IMG/VR virus record: IMGVR_UViG_3300046786_000770
Span: 1 to 24,261 of that record
Source of the DNA: a virus
Lineage: Duplodnaviria > Caudoviricetes
Reading direction: 5' to 3' (one strand)
DNA: 24,261 bases
Shown: positions 13,993 to 22,758 of the stretch, piece after piece
Layout: every line of letters starts with the position of its first letter
Position numbering within the stretch: the first letter of the stretch is position 1
Translations under genes and position numbers: made by a program
The notes under the pieces: model-generated
What the model was told of the DNA's origin: nothing
The model's input: the letters and a program-made list of their open reading frames with translations, nothing else
Database searches by the model: none

Positions 13993-16011
13993 TTAGTCTT
14001 TCCGATACCGTAATGTCTCAAACCCTTTGCTGTCAATCGGGAAACCCACAGCCCACACAGGGACTTCATTCATTGAGTTTTCGAGCATTCGCGCCGTGTA
14101 ATTTTTATTATCTGGCACTTCGCAAACTATTTCATCGTGAACGTGTAAAACCACTGGTAAATTTGCTTGACTTGCTCTGATTAAAGCTTCACCCATTAAA
14201 TCGCGGCAAGAGGCTTGTGTGATATTCTCCACCAAACTTCCGCCATAAGTTGGGCCGCGTGTCCATTTCTTTGTGAAGGTGTCTTCGTACATATAGGTGA
14301 GAGCCATTTTCTTTTTACCCCAAGGAGTGTCTATTTCCTCGATCTTGGGAAATGGGTAACTCATGATTCTACCACTTGGAAGTTGGCAAAGTAAAAATGA
14401 GCCAGACTTTTTAAAGCGAATCATGTTTGGTTGACCGGCGTTTACTGCAAATGTCGTGCCCGGAGTTTTAACCGCGTTCATTGCGGCCTCTTCAACGTCG
14501 TACCACAGTGCAACGGTTGCGGGTCTTGATTCGCGCCACACATCAACCAACTCTTTTGCCTTTGCATCGCTGATCACAACGCCGTAGTTTTTCGCCATTG
14601 AGTGGAAGGAACCAACCGCGCCTTGATAACCAAACGCAAGCTCCATGATTTTACCGAGTTGACGTTGGTCTTTGTTAACTGACATTGGTTCAATACCATA
14701 CGCGGCAGCGTAGGACATTTTGTAAGCGTCTGGGACTTTTCCTTCCGTGTCCGCATCGAGTTTTATATAGTGCTCAAGTACCCACTCTTCACCCGCAAGC
14801 CAAGCGAGTTTTCGTCCCTCAACTGCCGACCAATCCGATACTAAAAGTTTATGTCCTTTTTTGGCTCTGATCATTGGGCGAATGAGACTTGCGCCGTCTG
14901 TTTTTACATCAAAGAATTTTCCAAATGTCTCGCCTGTTTTATCGTACCCAAGAATTTCAATAGCCTCTTCAATCTGAGCTTCATCTAAGTTTCCTCTAGG
15001 GAAGTTATGCGGTTGTAAATCACGCCCCGCCCAACGACCTGTTTGCTTTGCTCCGTAATAGAAAAATGTGTTACGGATGCGAGAGTCAGAATCAGCTAAA
15101 TCGCACATCACTTGCATTTTAGCAGTAGAGTTTTTAGCGTACTGTCTTCTTATTTTGAGAGCCTTGATGACGTAATCGGGTAGTTTTTTATTATGGTCTA
15201 ACTCGTTTTCGTCTGCCTCAAGGAGATCGGCAACGTGTTGTTTATCTACCGACTTGGTTTCAATCCCATACTTTAATAACCATTTCTTTAAAGCTGCATG
15301 ACTTGCGGGTGTTGGTACTTGCCCGCCGGTCAACTCTTTAAACTCATGTAGCATCTCCATGTTTGCTACTTCTACAGCGATTGAAAGTTTTCTTGCGTTC
15401 TTCACGTCCACTTCAAAACCACGCTCATTGATCTCGCGATCAGCTAACCAAATTTGGTATTCTTTCGGCGGAAGTTTTCTTAATTTTTTATAAAGTTGAC
15501 GTTCAACTTCCACGTCTTGTTTGCAATATTTATAAAGTGTTTCAAATATTTCTGGATGAGATTGAGGAGTTAAAAAGCTGCCATCACTCTGAGGTTTGCA
15601 AGTCGCCATCATTGCGCGGGAACCGGCAATATCTTTCTTATGTTCAATGCCTGTACTGATTGCAGCGTTTTCTAAACTGCTCATGAAACCTGAGTAGTTG
15701 GCCATCGCCATTGTGCAGTGACAAATATCAATCGGTAACTCCGGCCAACCGTGTTTGGTCACGCACACTTTATTCCAGATATTCCACTCGAAAGCCACGT
15801 TGTGGGCTACGACTGTTTCGCGGCTGAGAATGTGGAAAAGGATTTCATCAGGTAGTTTTTCACCGTGTTTGATTAACTTCACCGGCTCATCATCAAAACC
15901 ATACCCCATGCAAGTAAAATCAGTGGAAGGGTCTGTAGCATAACTGTGCAGACTTCTTCTTATTAGTTCTCGTCTGGACTTGGTTTCAAAATCTATGAAT
16001 AAAACGCTCAT
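13993..16011 (-). CDS. Phage DNA polymerase family A with 3'-5' exonuclease
   Basis: Exonuclease motifs IDFET, AHNVAFE and YCKQDV. Polymerase motifs DWSAVE (A), RQLGKIMELAFGY (B) and HVHDEIV (C). Start moved to ATG 16011, which has SD AAGGA. Confidence 0.95.
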   Translation of the reverse strand: MSVLFIDFETKSRRELIRRSLHSYATDPSTDFTCMGYGFDDEPVKLIKHGEKLPDEILFHILSRETVVAHNVAFEWNIWNKVCVTKHGWPELPIDICHCTMAMANYSGFMSSLENAAISTGIEHKKDIAGSRAMMATCKPQSDGSFLTPQSHPEIFETLYKYCKQDVEVERQLYKKLRKLPPKEYQIWLADREINERGFEVDVKNARKLSIAVEVANMEMLHEFKELTGGQVPTPASHAALKKWLLKYGIETKSVDKQHVADLLEADENELDHNKKLPDYVIKALKIRRQYAKNSTAKMQVMCDLADSDSRIRNTFFYYGAKQTGRWAGRDLQPHNFPRGNLDEAQIEEAIEILGYDKTGETFGKFFDVKTDGASLIRPMIRAKKGHKLLVSDWSAVEGRKLAWLAGEEWVLEHYIKLDADTEGKVPDAYKMSYAAAYGIEPMSVNKDQRQLGKIMELAFGYQGAVGSFHSMAKNYGVVISDAKAKELVDVWRESRPATVALWYDVEEAAMNAVKTPGTTFAVNAGQPNMIRFKKSGSFLLCQLPSGRIMSYPFPKIEEIDTPWGKKKMALTYMYEDTFTKKWTRGPTYGGSLVENITQASCRDLMGEALIRASQANLPVVLHVHDEIVCEVPDNKNYTARMLENSMNEVPVWAVGFPIDSKGFETLRYRKD

Positions 16012-16032
16012 GGTGTATTTCCTTTTGTGGTG

Positions 16033-16072
16033 AAAACAAAACAAGCCGCAAAGTGATCGAAAACTTTGCGGC
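16033..16072 (-). terminator. Rho-independent terminator between SSB and polymerase
   Basis: GCCGCAAAGT-TTTCGATC-ACTTTGCGGC (perfect 10-bp stem) followed by TTGTTTTGTTTT. Confidence 0.8.
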
Positions 16073-16103
16073 AAGTTCCGTTACTTAACTGACACCACGA
16101 CAG

Positions 16104-16730
16104 TTAGAGTAAATCTGCTCCGTCGTCTTCGATAGCATCGAAAGCGTCTTCGGCTTTAATTCTTCCGCCACCAAATGAATCGCCATCTTTGGTTTTTTGG
16201 AAACCATTCAAGTACGCAGTCACGTAGTGAATTGGTGCGATTGGTTTTTTGGTGCGTGGGTCTGTCTGGGCGATTGAGTTAACATATAAGTTAACAGACA
16301 GGCGACCGTAGCAACCGCCGTAAACATCGGATTGCACTTCGATTTCTTTACGTTGACCATCGACCACAAACGGAGCGCCGTTTTTAGCTTTGGTTTTTGA
16401 TTTGATCATCATGTTTCCCGCTGTTAAATGATCTGGTACAGCTTTGGACTTGGCAACGAGTTTATCCATCTCGACTTCTTGGTCGGTGAGAGGAAGAATC
16501 ACGTTGTCCATTGGCCACTTCTTTTTATCCGCTCCAAAAGCGTCCACTAAAACTTCATCCACCGCTTTGTTGAAAGCTGTGAAGTCGGCTTTATCGTCGA
16601 AAATTAAATCGGCGCGATACTCTTTGTCTGTTTTTGAAAAGTTATCGGTTGGAGTGAAGAGGTATGGAAAACTAAGTCTTCCGATCGGGGTTGTTACACG
16701 TACTGATTTTTGCTTCTTTTTTGCTGACAT
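16104..16730 (-). CDS. ssDNA-binding protein (DUF2815 / T7 gp2.5-like)
   Basis: GRLSFPYLFTP, VYGGCYGRLSV, LNGFQKTKDGDSFGG and an acidic C-terminal tail. It sits between the nuclease and the polymerase. Confidence 0.85.
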   Translation of the reverse strand: MSAKKKQKSVRVTTPIGRLSFPYLFTPTDNFSKTDKEYRADLIFDDKADFTAFNKAVDEVLVDAFGADKKKWPMDNVILPLTDQEVEMDKLVAKSKAVPDHLTAGNMMIKSKTKAKNGAPFVVDGQRKEIEVQSDVYGGCYGRLSVNLYVNSIAQTDPRTKKPIAPIHYVTAYLNGFQKTKDGDSFGGGRIKAEDAFDAIEDDGADLL

Positions 16731-16751
16731 ATTGCCTTCTTTCTTTTTGCA

Positions 16752-17924
16752 CTAAAATTGAGAAAACATTCTCTCGATAAGTGTGCGTTTTGTTGTTACT
16801 TCGCCATCATGCTCTAAAGGCACCAATTTGTCACCTGAAGAAATTGAAACCGTAAGTCCTTCAACGATCTCTTTCCCTGCCTTGCCGCCAATAGTCTTTT
16901 CAATCTGAGCCGGTGATTTAAGTTCCGGCTGAGTGTAACATTCATGAAGTACGTTTGGATTTACCAAGCTGTTTAATGCCGCTTTGGTTTTGTCCTCGTC
17001 TGCCCATTTACGAGTTGCGCGTTTTGGTACAAGTTTAAAACCTTCAGGCACTCTGCCTTTTAAAGCTTGCTCGTAAGCGTAAGACTTCATAGCCTTGCAC
17101 CACTCTTCAACTGCTTCAATACCCATTAAAACGCTACCCATTTTTACCTGATCAAGCGGCGCGGGATGCCCGTTCTCCATCATGGTATCTTGGAAGTCTG
17201 TTTTAATAAGGTCTAAAGCCTTGTTTCGTAAAGCTGGACATACTGGTTTTGCTGAACAAAACCGGCACTGTTCTTCACCCACAACAAGCGGCGCGTTTTT
17301 CTCTTCGGTCTTCTTAATTGCATCCACTACCCTGATTTGAAATTCAGCTAGGTCAAGGAAGTCCACTTCCCAATGATCAATCTGTTCTTCACCTTCAAAG
17401 CGGGGTTGAACGATAGTGAGTTTCACTTTTTCAATCGGTGCCTTGATCGTGTAAGCCGAGCCAATACCATAGTAGAGAAGCTGAACGTTTCCCGTAGCGT
17501 AAACTTTTTTACCCGCGCCATGTTTGTAATCAATCACATGAAGCGTTTTGTTTTTGGCATCGTAGATCACGCAATCTGAAGTACCGCGAAAATCTTTGTG
17601 GATTTTCTTGTGTTCAAATCTAAGCTCAAGAAAAACCTTATTGTCTTTGTGGTTTCCGATCTCTTGTATCAATGATTTTACATAGTCAACATACACGTTC
17701 ACGGCATCTTTCATTTCCTCTGTAACCCCTTCAGGGTCTTTCATTGGAAAATGACCATTCTTCAACTTGTACTCGCCGAGAGTGTGGGCAATAGTGCCCT
17801 CTTCGGCGTAACTGCTAGAAGTGTTTGGTATCGTGGAGCAAAGTCTAACGGAACCTGGGCATTTCTCCCAGCGTTCCATCGAACTTGCGCCAACTCCTGA
17901 GTGAGTTAGATTTGGTCCACTCAT
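16752..17924 (-). CDS. DUF2800 / Cas4-like PD-(D/E)xK exonuclease
   Basis: GASSMERWEKCPGS, AEEGTIAH, GTSDC, VIDYKHG, QLLYY, IVQPR and CRFC..K..CP. Confidence 0.9.
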   Translation of the reverse strand: MSGPNLTHSGVGASSMERWEKCPGSVRLCSTIPNTSSSYAEEGTIAHTLGEYKLKNGHFPMKDPEGVTEEMKDAVNVYVDYVKSLIQEIGNHKDNKVFLELRFEHKKIHKDFRGTSDCVIYDAKNKTLHVIDYKHGAGKKVYATGNVQLLYYGIGSAYTIKAPIEKVKLTIVQPRFEGEEQIDHWEVDFLDLAEFQIRVVDAIKKTEEKNAPLVVGEEQCRFCSAKPVCPALRNKALDLIKTDFQDTMMENGHPAPLDQVKMGSVLMGIEAVEEWCKAMKSYAYEQALKGRVPEGFKLVPKRATRKWADEDKTKAALNSLVNPNVLHECYTQPELKSPAQIEKTIGGKAGKEIVEGLTVSISSGDKLVPLEHDGEVTTKRTLIERMFSQF

Positions 17925-17925
17925 A

Positions 17926-18390
17926 TTAAGCTAGTGCCTCTGATACTTTAGCAACGAAACGCGGGCGGAGATTCATTGGCACTTCAGTTACTTTTTTAGA
18001 ACTGAGTGAAGAAAGAATTTTAGTCAATTCTCCAACGCCATCTTTACCATTGGCATTCATCTCGCGTAGAAGTTTACCGCCAACTTCGCGCATAGTAGCG
18101 TCGTCAATGTCACCTTCCTGCGTCTCAACGGTAGAGACTGCTTCCGCTTCGGCTGAAGTCGCGTCGTTTTTTGAGGCAGCTACCTCTTCAGCGATTTCAG
18201 CTACCGTGGATTTTTTAGCTTTAGGAGCTGCTTTGGTTTTTGGTTCTAACTTAGCCACTGCTTCAGCTTTCACTTCTGCGGCTTGTGGTGCGGGTGCAAG
18301 CGCCATAACAGTCTGGGTGTTTCTGTTCTCCAGTGCTGCCACTACTGCTTTTACTTCATCAAGGTTTGTTAGTTCGATAGTTATTTTCAT
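17926..18390 (-). CDS. Hypothetical Ala/Glu/Lys-rich replication-module protein
   Basis: 154 aa with a low-complexity middle. Its position directly upstream of DUF2800 is typical for this module. Confidence 0.7.
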   Translation of the reverse strand: MKITIELTNLDEVKAVVAALENRNTQTVMALAPAPQAAEVKAEAVAKLEPKTKAAPKAKKSTVAEIAEEVAASKNDATSAEAEAVSTVETQEGDIDDATMREVGGKLLREMNANGKDGVGELTKILSSLSSKKVTEVPMNLRPRFVAKVSEALA

Positions 18391-18391
18391 T

Positions 18392-19702
18392 TTATATCTC
18401 CATTAAAGACTGAATGTCTTTTTGTTTTCTGATTAATATACTACTTACGAGTTCGTCAATAGAATCAGCAACCATTGCCACCCGTACATTCACCAAAGAA
18501 GTTTGACCAAGACGATCACAACGTGCAATCGCTTGAATGTTATTTCCTACAACCCAATCTTGCTCGACAAAAATCATTTCGTTAGCAGCGGTTAACGTGA
18601 TGTTCGTTCCTGCGGCTAAGATGTTACCTATGAAAATCTGACAATCAGTAGAGTTTTGAAAACGTTCAACTCGTCTTTGTCTTTCATCCGGTGTGATTTC
18701 ACCAAATACACTGACCGCGCCGAATTTTGATAACCCTAATTCTAACTGTTTAATGGTTTCAGTGTGAGAAGCAAAGATCACAATTTTTTTATAGCTGCCT
18801 TCGGTTAGTTCTTCACTCACCAATTTAATAATAGGGTCAACTTTAGCAAGTGACATAATTCGTTTTACTGAACTGATACTGGCGCTCATGCCGGTTAAAA
18901 TGTCGAGAGCCTGATCAGCATTCACGCTGCCAATGCGTTCTTCTAACTCTTCAATCTTTGCCTTGTCTTCAGGGGTCATCTTTCCGAGTTTGGCTTCGAT
19001 AGGAAATTCAGAAACCCGATGACCTTTTAAATCTTTCAATACTTCCTGCTTAGTTAAACGCATCATGATTGAATCAAGTTCGCTTCTCAAGGTTGGCATC
19101 ATATTACGTTTGGCTCCTGTTATTCTTTGGCTGTATCCATCCCAATAGCACTCACAATATTTTTCAATAAATGCTTTTGCTCCGAGTTTTGTCGCGCCGA
19201 AAGTCGCCATCGTCGGCCAAAGCTCAAAAGGATGGTTTGGCATTGGTGTACCGGTGAGCAACCAACGGCGGGATGCAAGTCTAGCCACGCCATTCATGCC
19301 TAAAATATTTTGGGTGCGTTTAGTCGTGTTGTTTTTAAGGTAGTGGCTTTCGTCTGCGATCATAACGTCAAATTTTAAGCCACTAAAATTACCAATATTT
19401 CTCACGATATAGTCGTAGCTGCAAATGTTGATCGCGTTTAGTTTCGGCTTGTCATTGCTCGTGCTCATAACGTTGACGACACGAGGAAATGCCGCCCACT
19501 TTTTGATTTCCCGCGCCCATGTAAGGCGAGAGATAGCCGGACCAATGACAAGCCAAGATTTTAAGCCCAGTTGTTCTGCGGCTGTAATTGCAATAGCGGT
19601 TTTACCAAGCCCCATGTCGAGCGCAAGTAAGCGGTTTGGATGGTTTTTAAGCCATTCAATTGCATCAAGTTGATAAGGTAGTAATTGTGGTGTGATGTTC
19701 AT
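18392..19702 (-). CDS. SNF2-family (SF2) helicase
   Basis: PYQ, DMGLGKT, DESH, LTGTP, GTNITL and QAIARCDRLGQ. Confidence 0.93.
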   Translation of the reverse strand: MNITPQLLPYQLDAIEWLKNHPNRLLALDMGLGKTAIAITAAEQLGLKSWLVIGPAISRLTWAREIKKWAAFPRVVNVMSTSNDKPKLNAINICSYDYIVRNIGNFSGLKFDVMIADESHYLKNNTTKRTQNILGMNGVARLASRRWLLTGTPMPNHPFELWPTMATFGATKLGAKAFIEKYCECYWDGYSQRITGAKRNMMPTLRSELDSIMMRLTKQEVLKDLKGHRVSEFPIEAKLGKMTPEDKAKIEELEERIGSVNADQALDILTGMSASISSVKRIMSLAKVDPIIKLVSEELTEGSYKKIVIFASHTETIKQLELGLSKFGAVSVFGEITPDERQRRVERFQNSTDCQIFIGNILAAGTNITLTAANEMIFVEQDWVVGNNIQAIARCDRLGQTSLVNVRVAMVADSIDELVSSILIRKQKDIQSLMEI

Positions 19703-19717
19703 ATCTTATAGACTGGG

Positions 19718-19745
19718 AGTTAATCGGTACATGTACCGATTAACT
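19718..19745. promoter_or_regulatory. Perfect 28-bp palindrome upstream of the helicase
   Basis: AGTTAATCGGTACA|TGTACCGATTAACT. Function not determined. Confidence 0.7.
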
Positions 19746-19751
19746 TAATTT

Positions 19752-20072
19752 TTATTTATTGTCAATAAATCCCCAAGTGTGGGGCTGTTTTTCTTCACTG
19801 AATACCGCACTCTTCACAAAGTCCATATAACCCTGTTTAAGCACGTTTAAGCTGAGTGTAGTCGAGCTTTGGGGTGCGCTCATCACGATCGCCAAGTGTT
19901 CAACTACGTCACCGTTTTCCGCTTTGCGGAATAGTACGTGATCGCCGAGCTTTGGTATTTTAATTTTCGGGTCTTCTGCTTTCGGCGCTGCTTTCGCAAC
20001 CGGTTTAACTTCTTTTTTAACTGGCGCTTTAATATCTGCTTCACCGAGCAAGTCATGTTCTGATTTTTTCAT
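19752..20072 (-). CDS. Hypothetical protein
   Basis: 106 aa. Lys/Ala/Pro-rich N-terminus followed by a small beta-rich domain (PKLGDHVLF...W). Confidence 0.7.
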   Translation of the reverse strand: MKKSEHDLLGEADIKAPVKKEVKPVAKAAPKAEDPKIKIPKLGDHVLFRKAENGDVVEHLAIVMSAPQSSTTLSLNVLKQGYMDFVKSAVFSEEKQPHTWGFIDNK

Positions 20073-20074
20073 AT

Positions 20075-20632
20075 TTAGTTCCCCTTTTCAATTTTGTAAT
20101 CGGTTTTAAAACGGATATAAGGCAGTCCTTCAGGCAAAACAACCCACTCTTTTCTAGGGTAAGTCCACTCCGCCATGCCTGCCGCCATTGCAAGGTAGCA
20201 AAGGTTTAAAATACTTCTGTCGTTGCCCCATACCCGCCCCTTTTTATCGCGTCGTAGGTTACGGATTGAAACGCCGTCGTCACTGGTAAAAAATTCATCG
20301 TCAAATTCATTGATCGCGGTTTTAATAAGGTCGACGTGGCGCTCTAGTCGCTCGTCTTTAAATAACCAATGACCATTTAGAGAATCAACTCTAGTGATGT
20401 TCTCACCTGTCACCAAAAAGTCTTCAATGACAAGCCGATTGTGCTCATCTTTTTGCATTTCCTTTTTCTCTTCACCCTGGGCGAGTTGAGACTGGGTGTT
20501 CAACTCCTCTAACTCTTTCATAGTGAGCATGGAGTCAGCCGCCATCAAGTCAATCGTGTGCTGAAAAGCGGGGTCTTTGTGGCGCGGAGTATGGCGGTGC
20601 TTGTTGCGTTTCTTTTTTAACTGTCTGCTCAT
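20075..20632 (-). CDS. Conserved phage hypothetical protein
   Basis: Start refined to ATG 20632 (SD GGAG, ATGA overlap). Basic N-terminus. The C-terminus ERLE.H...DKKGRVW...PRKEWVVLPEGLPY resembles an uncharacterised phage family. Confidence 0.7.
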   Translation of the reverse strand: MSRQLKKKRNKHRHTPRHKDPAFQHTIDLMAADSMLTMKELEELNTQSQLAQGEEKKEMQKDEHNRLVIEDFLVTGENITRVDSLNGHWLFKDERLERHVDLIKTAINEFDDEFFTSDDGVSIRNLRRDKKGRVWGNDRSILNLCYLAMAAGMAEWTYPRKEWVVLPEGLPYIRFKTDYKIEKGN

Positions 20633-20811
20633 TTTATCTCCGGTACGTTCACACATTTTGCCGAGCAACTACCTGAATAGTTCTTTTTTAATTCAATACA
20701 ATCTTTCTTAGTTTTAACTAACGCCGATTGCTGAACCCATGTGCCGTTGTAGTTTTTGTCATTTATTTTCTCAACGTCAGAAACACACATTACCAAAAGT
20801 AAATATATCAT
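20629..20811 (-). CDS. Small hypothetical protein with hydrophobic N-terminus and 4 Cys
   Basis: SD AAGGAG. 60 aa, coupled to the downstream gene. Confidence 0.65.
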   Translation of the reverse strand: MIYLLLVMCVSDVEKINDKNYNGTWVQQSALVKTKKDCIELKKNYSGSCSAKCVNVPEIK

Positions 20812-20820
20812 TTGTACTCC

Positions 20821-21228
20821 TTAAAATTTTAAATTACCCTTGTCGTTCATTACTTCATAAAGCGCAGGGTATTCTTTTTTAATCGTTTCAATACTCGTAC
20901 CATTAGCAGGTTTTTTAATCCAGCCCTTTGGTATTTCGGCGCGGTCACTCACTAACACGCCGCCAACTTTGTGCGGGGTTTGATAGAGTAGATCAGCTTC
21001 GGGCATGGAGGCGTTAGCTTCGTCAGCGTCGACTACAATAATAAAATGTTTTTCAGTGGTGGGGTAGTTTTTAGGTGCATCAGCCCGCCATTGGGGTTTA
21101 GGGTCTGAGGTAATGCGGGCAATTCGCTCGTCTTTTGATTCGTTCAAACGTTCTGAGAGATCAGATTTTTTTAACGTGGCCTTGTACTTTTCAAGCCACT
21201 GTTCCTCGGTCATTAAATTACTGCTCAT
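20821..21228 (-). CDS. Hypothetical protein
   Basis: 135 aa with SD AAGGA. Confidence 0.65.
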   Translation of the reverse strand: MSSNLMTEEQWLEKYKATLKKSDLSERLNESKDERIARITSDPKPQWRADAPKNYPTTEKHFIIVVDADEANASMPEADLLYQTPHKVGGVLVSDRAEIPKGWIKKPANGTSIETIKKEYPALYEVMNDKGNLKF

Positions 21229-21248
21229 GGTTCATTCCTTTTTAAAGT

Positions 21249-21315
21249 TTTTACCCGCCCTCACGTTAACTTAGTCATACAGCAAGTAATATTAGTTTTT
21301 TGAGAGCGGATAAAA
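21249..21315 (-). promoter_or_regulatory. Long intergenic RNA stem-loop
   Basis: TTTTATCCGCTCTCA ... 37 nt ... TGAGGGCGGGTAAAA. Both arm mismatches are G:U pairs on the minus-strand RNA. Confidence 0.6.
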
Positions 21316-21335
21316 GAGGTATTGCACTTTTGAAA

Positions 21336-21389
21336 CTATTTCTTTTTCTTTGGTGCTGCTTTTTTAGATTTAATTTTAGATTTTTTCAT
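21336..21389 (-). CDS. 17-aa Lys-rich micropeptide
   Basis: MKKSKIKSKKAAPKKKK, preceded by AAAGGAGAAACGCG. Confidence 0.5.
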   Translation of the reverse strand: MKKSKIKSKKAAPKKKK

Positions 21390-21918
21390 CGCGTTTCTCC
21401 TTTCCGAAAGTTTGGTAAGCTAAAAATGCAAGTAATGCGCTCTCTGCTCGCCCGTCTTTTGATTTTAAAAATACCTCATTAACATTTTTATGCAAGTTGA
21501 AAGTCTGGATAGCTCGCGCAACGCTTTCCTTTTTGTCTTTACCTATCCCAAGTTTGGCTTTCCACACCGCCGGATTGATTGGGTAGTAGCGAATGCCAAG
21601 TGATTGCAACACGCCTTTAACAATACCAACACCTTCACCAAAAGTAAAAGCTCCCGCCGCTCCGTCTCGTGGCATCGCGTGGGGTTGCTCAAAATAAACA
21701 GGTGCATGATTTAAGAACGGTTCAAAGCCATCAAACAAAGTAAAAATTGCATTTCCATTTGGCTCTCGTCTGTCTTTAATGTGGCTCGGTCGTAACGGCA
21801 TATCGTAAACTTGCAAGCCGTGGGTAAGGTCGAGAGGATTAAAAAAGGTGATCGCCCCTTTTAAACCGCAGTCAATGCCGCAATAGTATTTATTTCCTGT
21901 GATTATTGGTTGGTTCAT
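21376..21918 (-). CDS. RuvC-like Holliday junction resolvase
   Basis: GIDCGLKGA, FEQPHAMP, FTFGEG.G, PAVWK and DGRAESALLA. Start refined to ATG 21918 (ATGA overlap). Confidence 0.85.
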   Translation of the reverse strand: MNQPIITGNKYYCGIDCGLKGAITFFNPLDLTHGLQVYDMPLRPSHIKDRREPNGNAIFTLFDGFEPFLNHAPVYFEQPHAMPRDGAAGAFTFGEGVGIVKGVLQSLGIRYYPINPAVWKAKLGIGKDKKESVARAIQTFNLHKNVNEVFLKSKDGRAESALLAFLAYQTFGKEKRDEKI

Positions 21919-22223
21919 TTTTTGAACTCTCTTGGCGTGAACTTCCACCCGTTCTTTTTGTAATATTGTTCTCGATGGTACTCGCTTGTCATGTGTTTTG
22001 ATTCTTTTGCTTCTTCTTGCTCGCGTTGTTCACGTTGTTCCGCTTGACGGTCTTCTTCATTTAAAAGGAATCTAAATTTTGCAGGTATATCAACACCTGA
22101 ATCACGCAAAGCTGACCAAAGCTCTTTCCATTCGTCCTCGTTTGGTGTCCATTTACTTTCAATCGTCGAACACTCTTCATTGTCGTGGTGTCTTGCTTCG
22201 CAAGCGTTACAATGTTTACTCAT
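21915..22223 (-). CDS. Hypothetical protein with N-terminal CxxC/His/Cys cluster
   Basis: MSKHCNACEARHHDNEEC. The start at 22223 avoids overlap with the upstream 56-aa ORF. Confidence 0.6.
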   Translation of the reverse strand: MSKHCNACEARHHDNEECSTIESKWTPNEDEWKELWSALRDSGVDIPAKFRFLLNEEDRQAEQREQREQEEAKESKHMTSEYHREQYYKKNGWKFTPREFKK

Positions 22224-22228
22224 TTTAT

Positions 22229-22399
22229 TTATTCCCATTTACCAAAGATAGCGCGGTAAAGTCTCTTTGCTTCCTTTAATTCTGCGCGGAGTTGTTTAAG
22301 TTCTTTCAAAGATATGAAAATATTTTTATTGCCGATTGACATTTGTATAGCCTTTTTACCATTCAGAAGTGTGACTGGTTTTGCTTCTACGTATCTCAT
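22229..22399 (-). CDS. 56-aa basic hypothetical protein (not in ORF track)
   Basis: MRYVEAKPVTLLNGKKAIQMSIGNKNIFISLKELKQLRAELKEAKRLYRAIFGKWE. ATGA overlap with the upstream stop; fills the gap. Confidence 0.65.
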   Translation of the reverse strand: MRYVEAKPVTLLNGKKAIQMSIGNKNIFISLKELKQLRAELKEAKRLYRAIFGKWE

Positions 22400-22758
22400 T
22401 TGTTCATTTCCTTTTCCTGTTTTTCAATCCGTTTTTTAATTTTCGTATGTGTGTAGGTTTCATCATGCCACTTTACAGCCCATCTTTTCTCGGCTTCGTA
22501 TCTGTCTGCCAAAGATTTCATGTCATTAAAGTCTGTGCGCTCACTTGCCGAAAGGTAAAACTCTACTGTAATGTTAGCGCGTCCTAGTAACGTCCTAACA
22601 TCAAACGCATATTGATAGGTCATGTTCTTTGTTGCAAAGTAACCATGGCAGCCCATTGGTAGCCTGATGCGGTCATGAGTGTAACGTTCTGCTATGGCAA
22701 CGAACTCCGCGTGATCTTTGCAAACAATGAACGTGGTTTTATTTGGTAGGGGTTTCAT
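22396..22758 (-). CDS. Hypothetical protein
   Basis: 120 aa, ATGA-coupled on both sides. Confidence 0.65.
   Translation of the reverse strand: MKPLPNKTTFIVCKDHAEFVAIAERYTHDRIRLPMGCHGYFATKNMTYQYAFDVRTLLGRANITVEFYLSASERTDFNDMKSLADRYEAEKRWAVKWHDETYTHTKIKKRIEKQEKEMNK

Noticed and set aside
16012-16074. N-terminal extension of the polymerase from 16074
   Set aside because: It runs through a terminator hairpin. ATG 16011 has an SD and directly precedes the exonuclease I motif.
16752-17924. CRISPR-associated Cas4
   Set aside because: No cas1/cas2 or array. It sits in the standard DUF2800-DUF2815-PolA phage replication module.
21300-21482. 60-aa plus-strand hydrophobic ORF
   Set aside because: It is antisense to the resolvase and the Lys-rich peptide. 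The Phe/Leu richness simply mirrors A-rich codons on the other strand.
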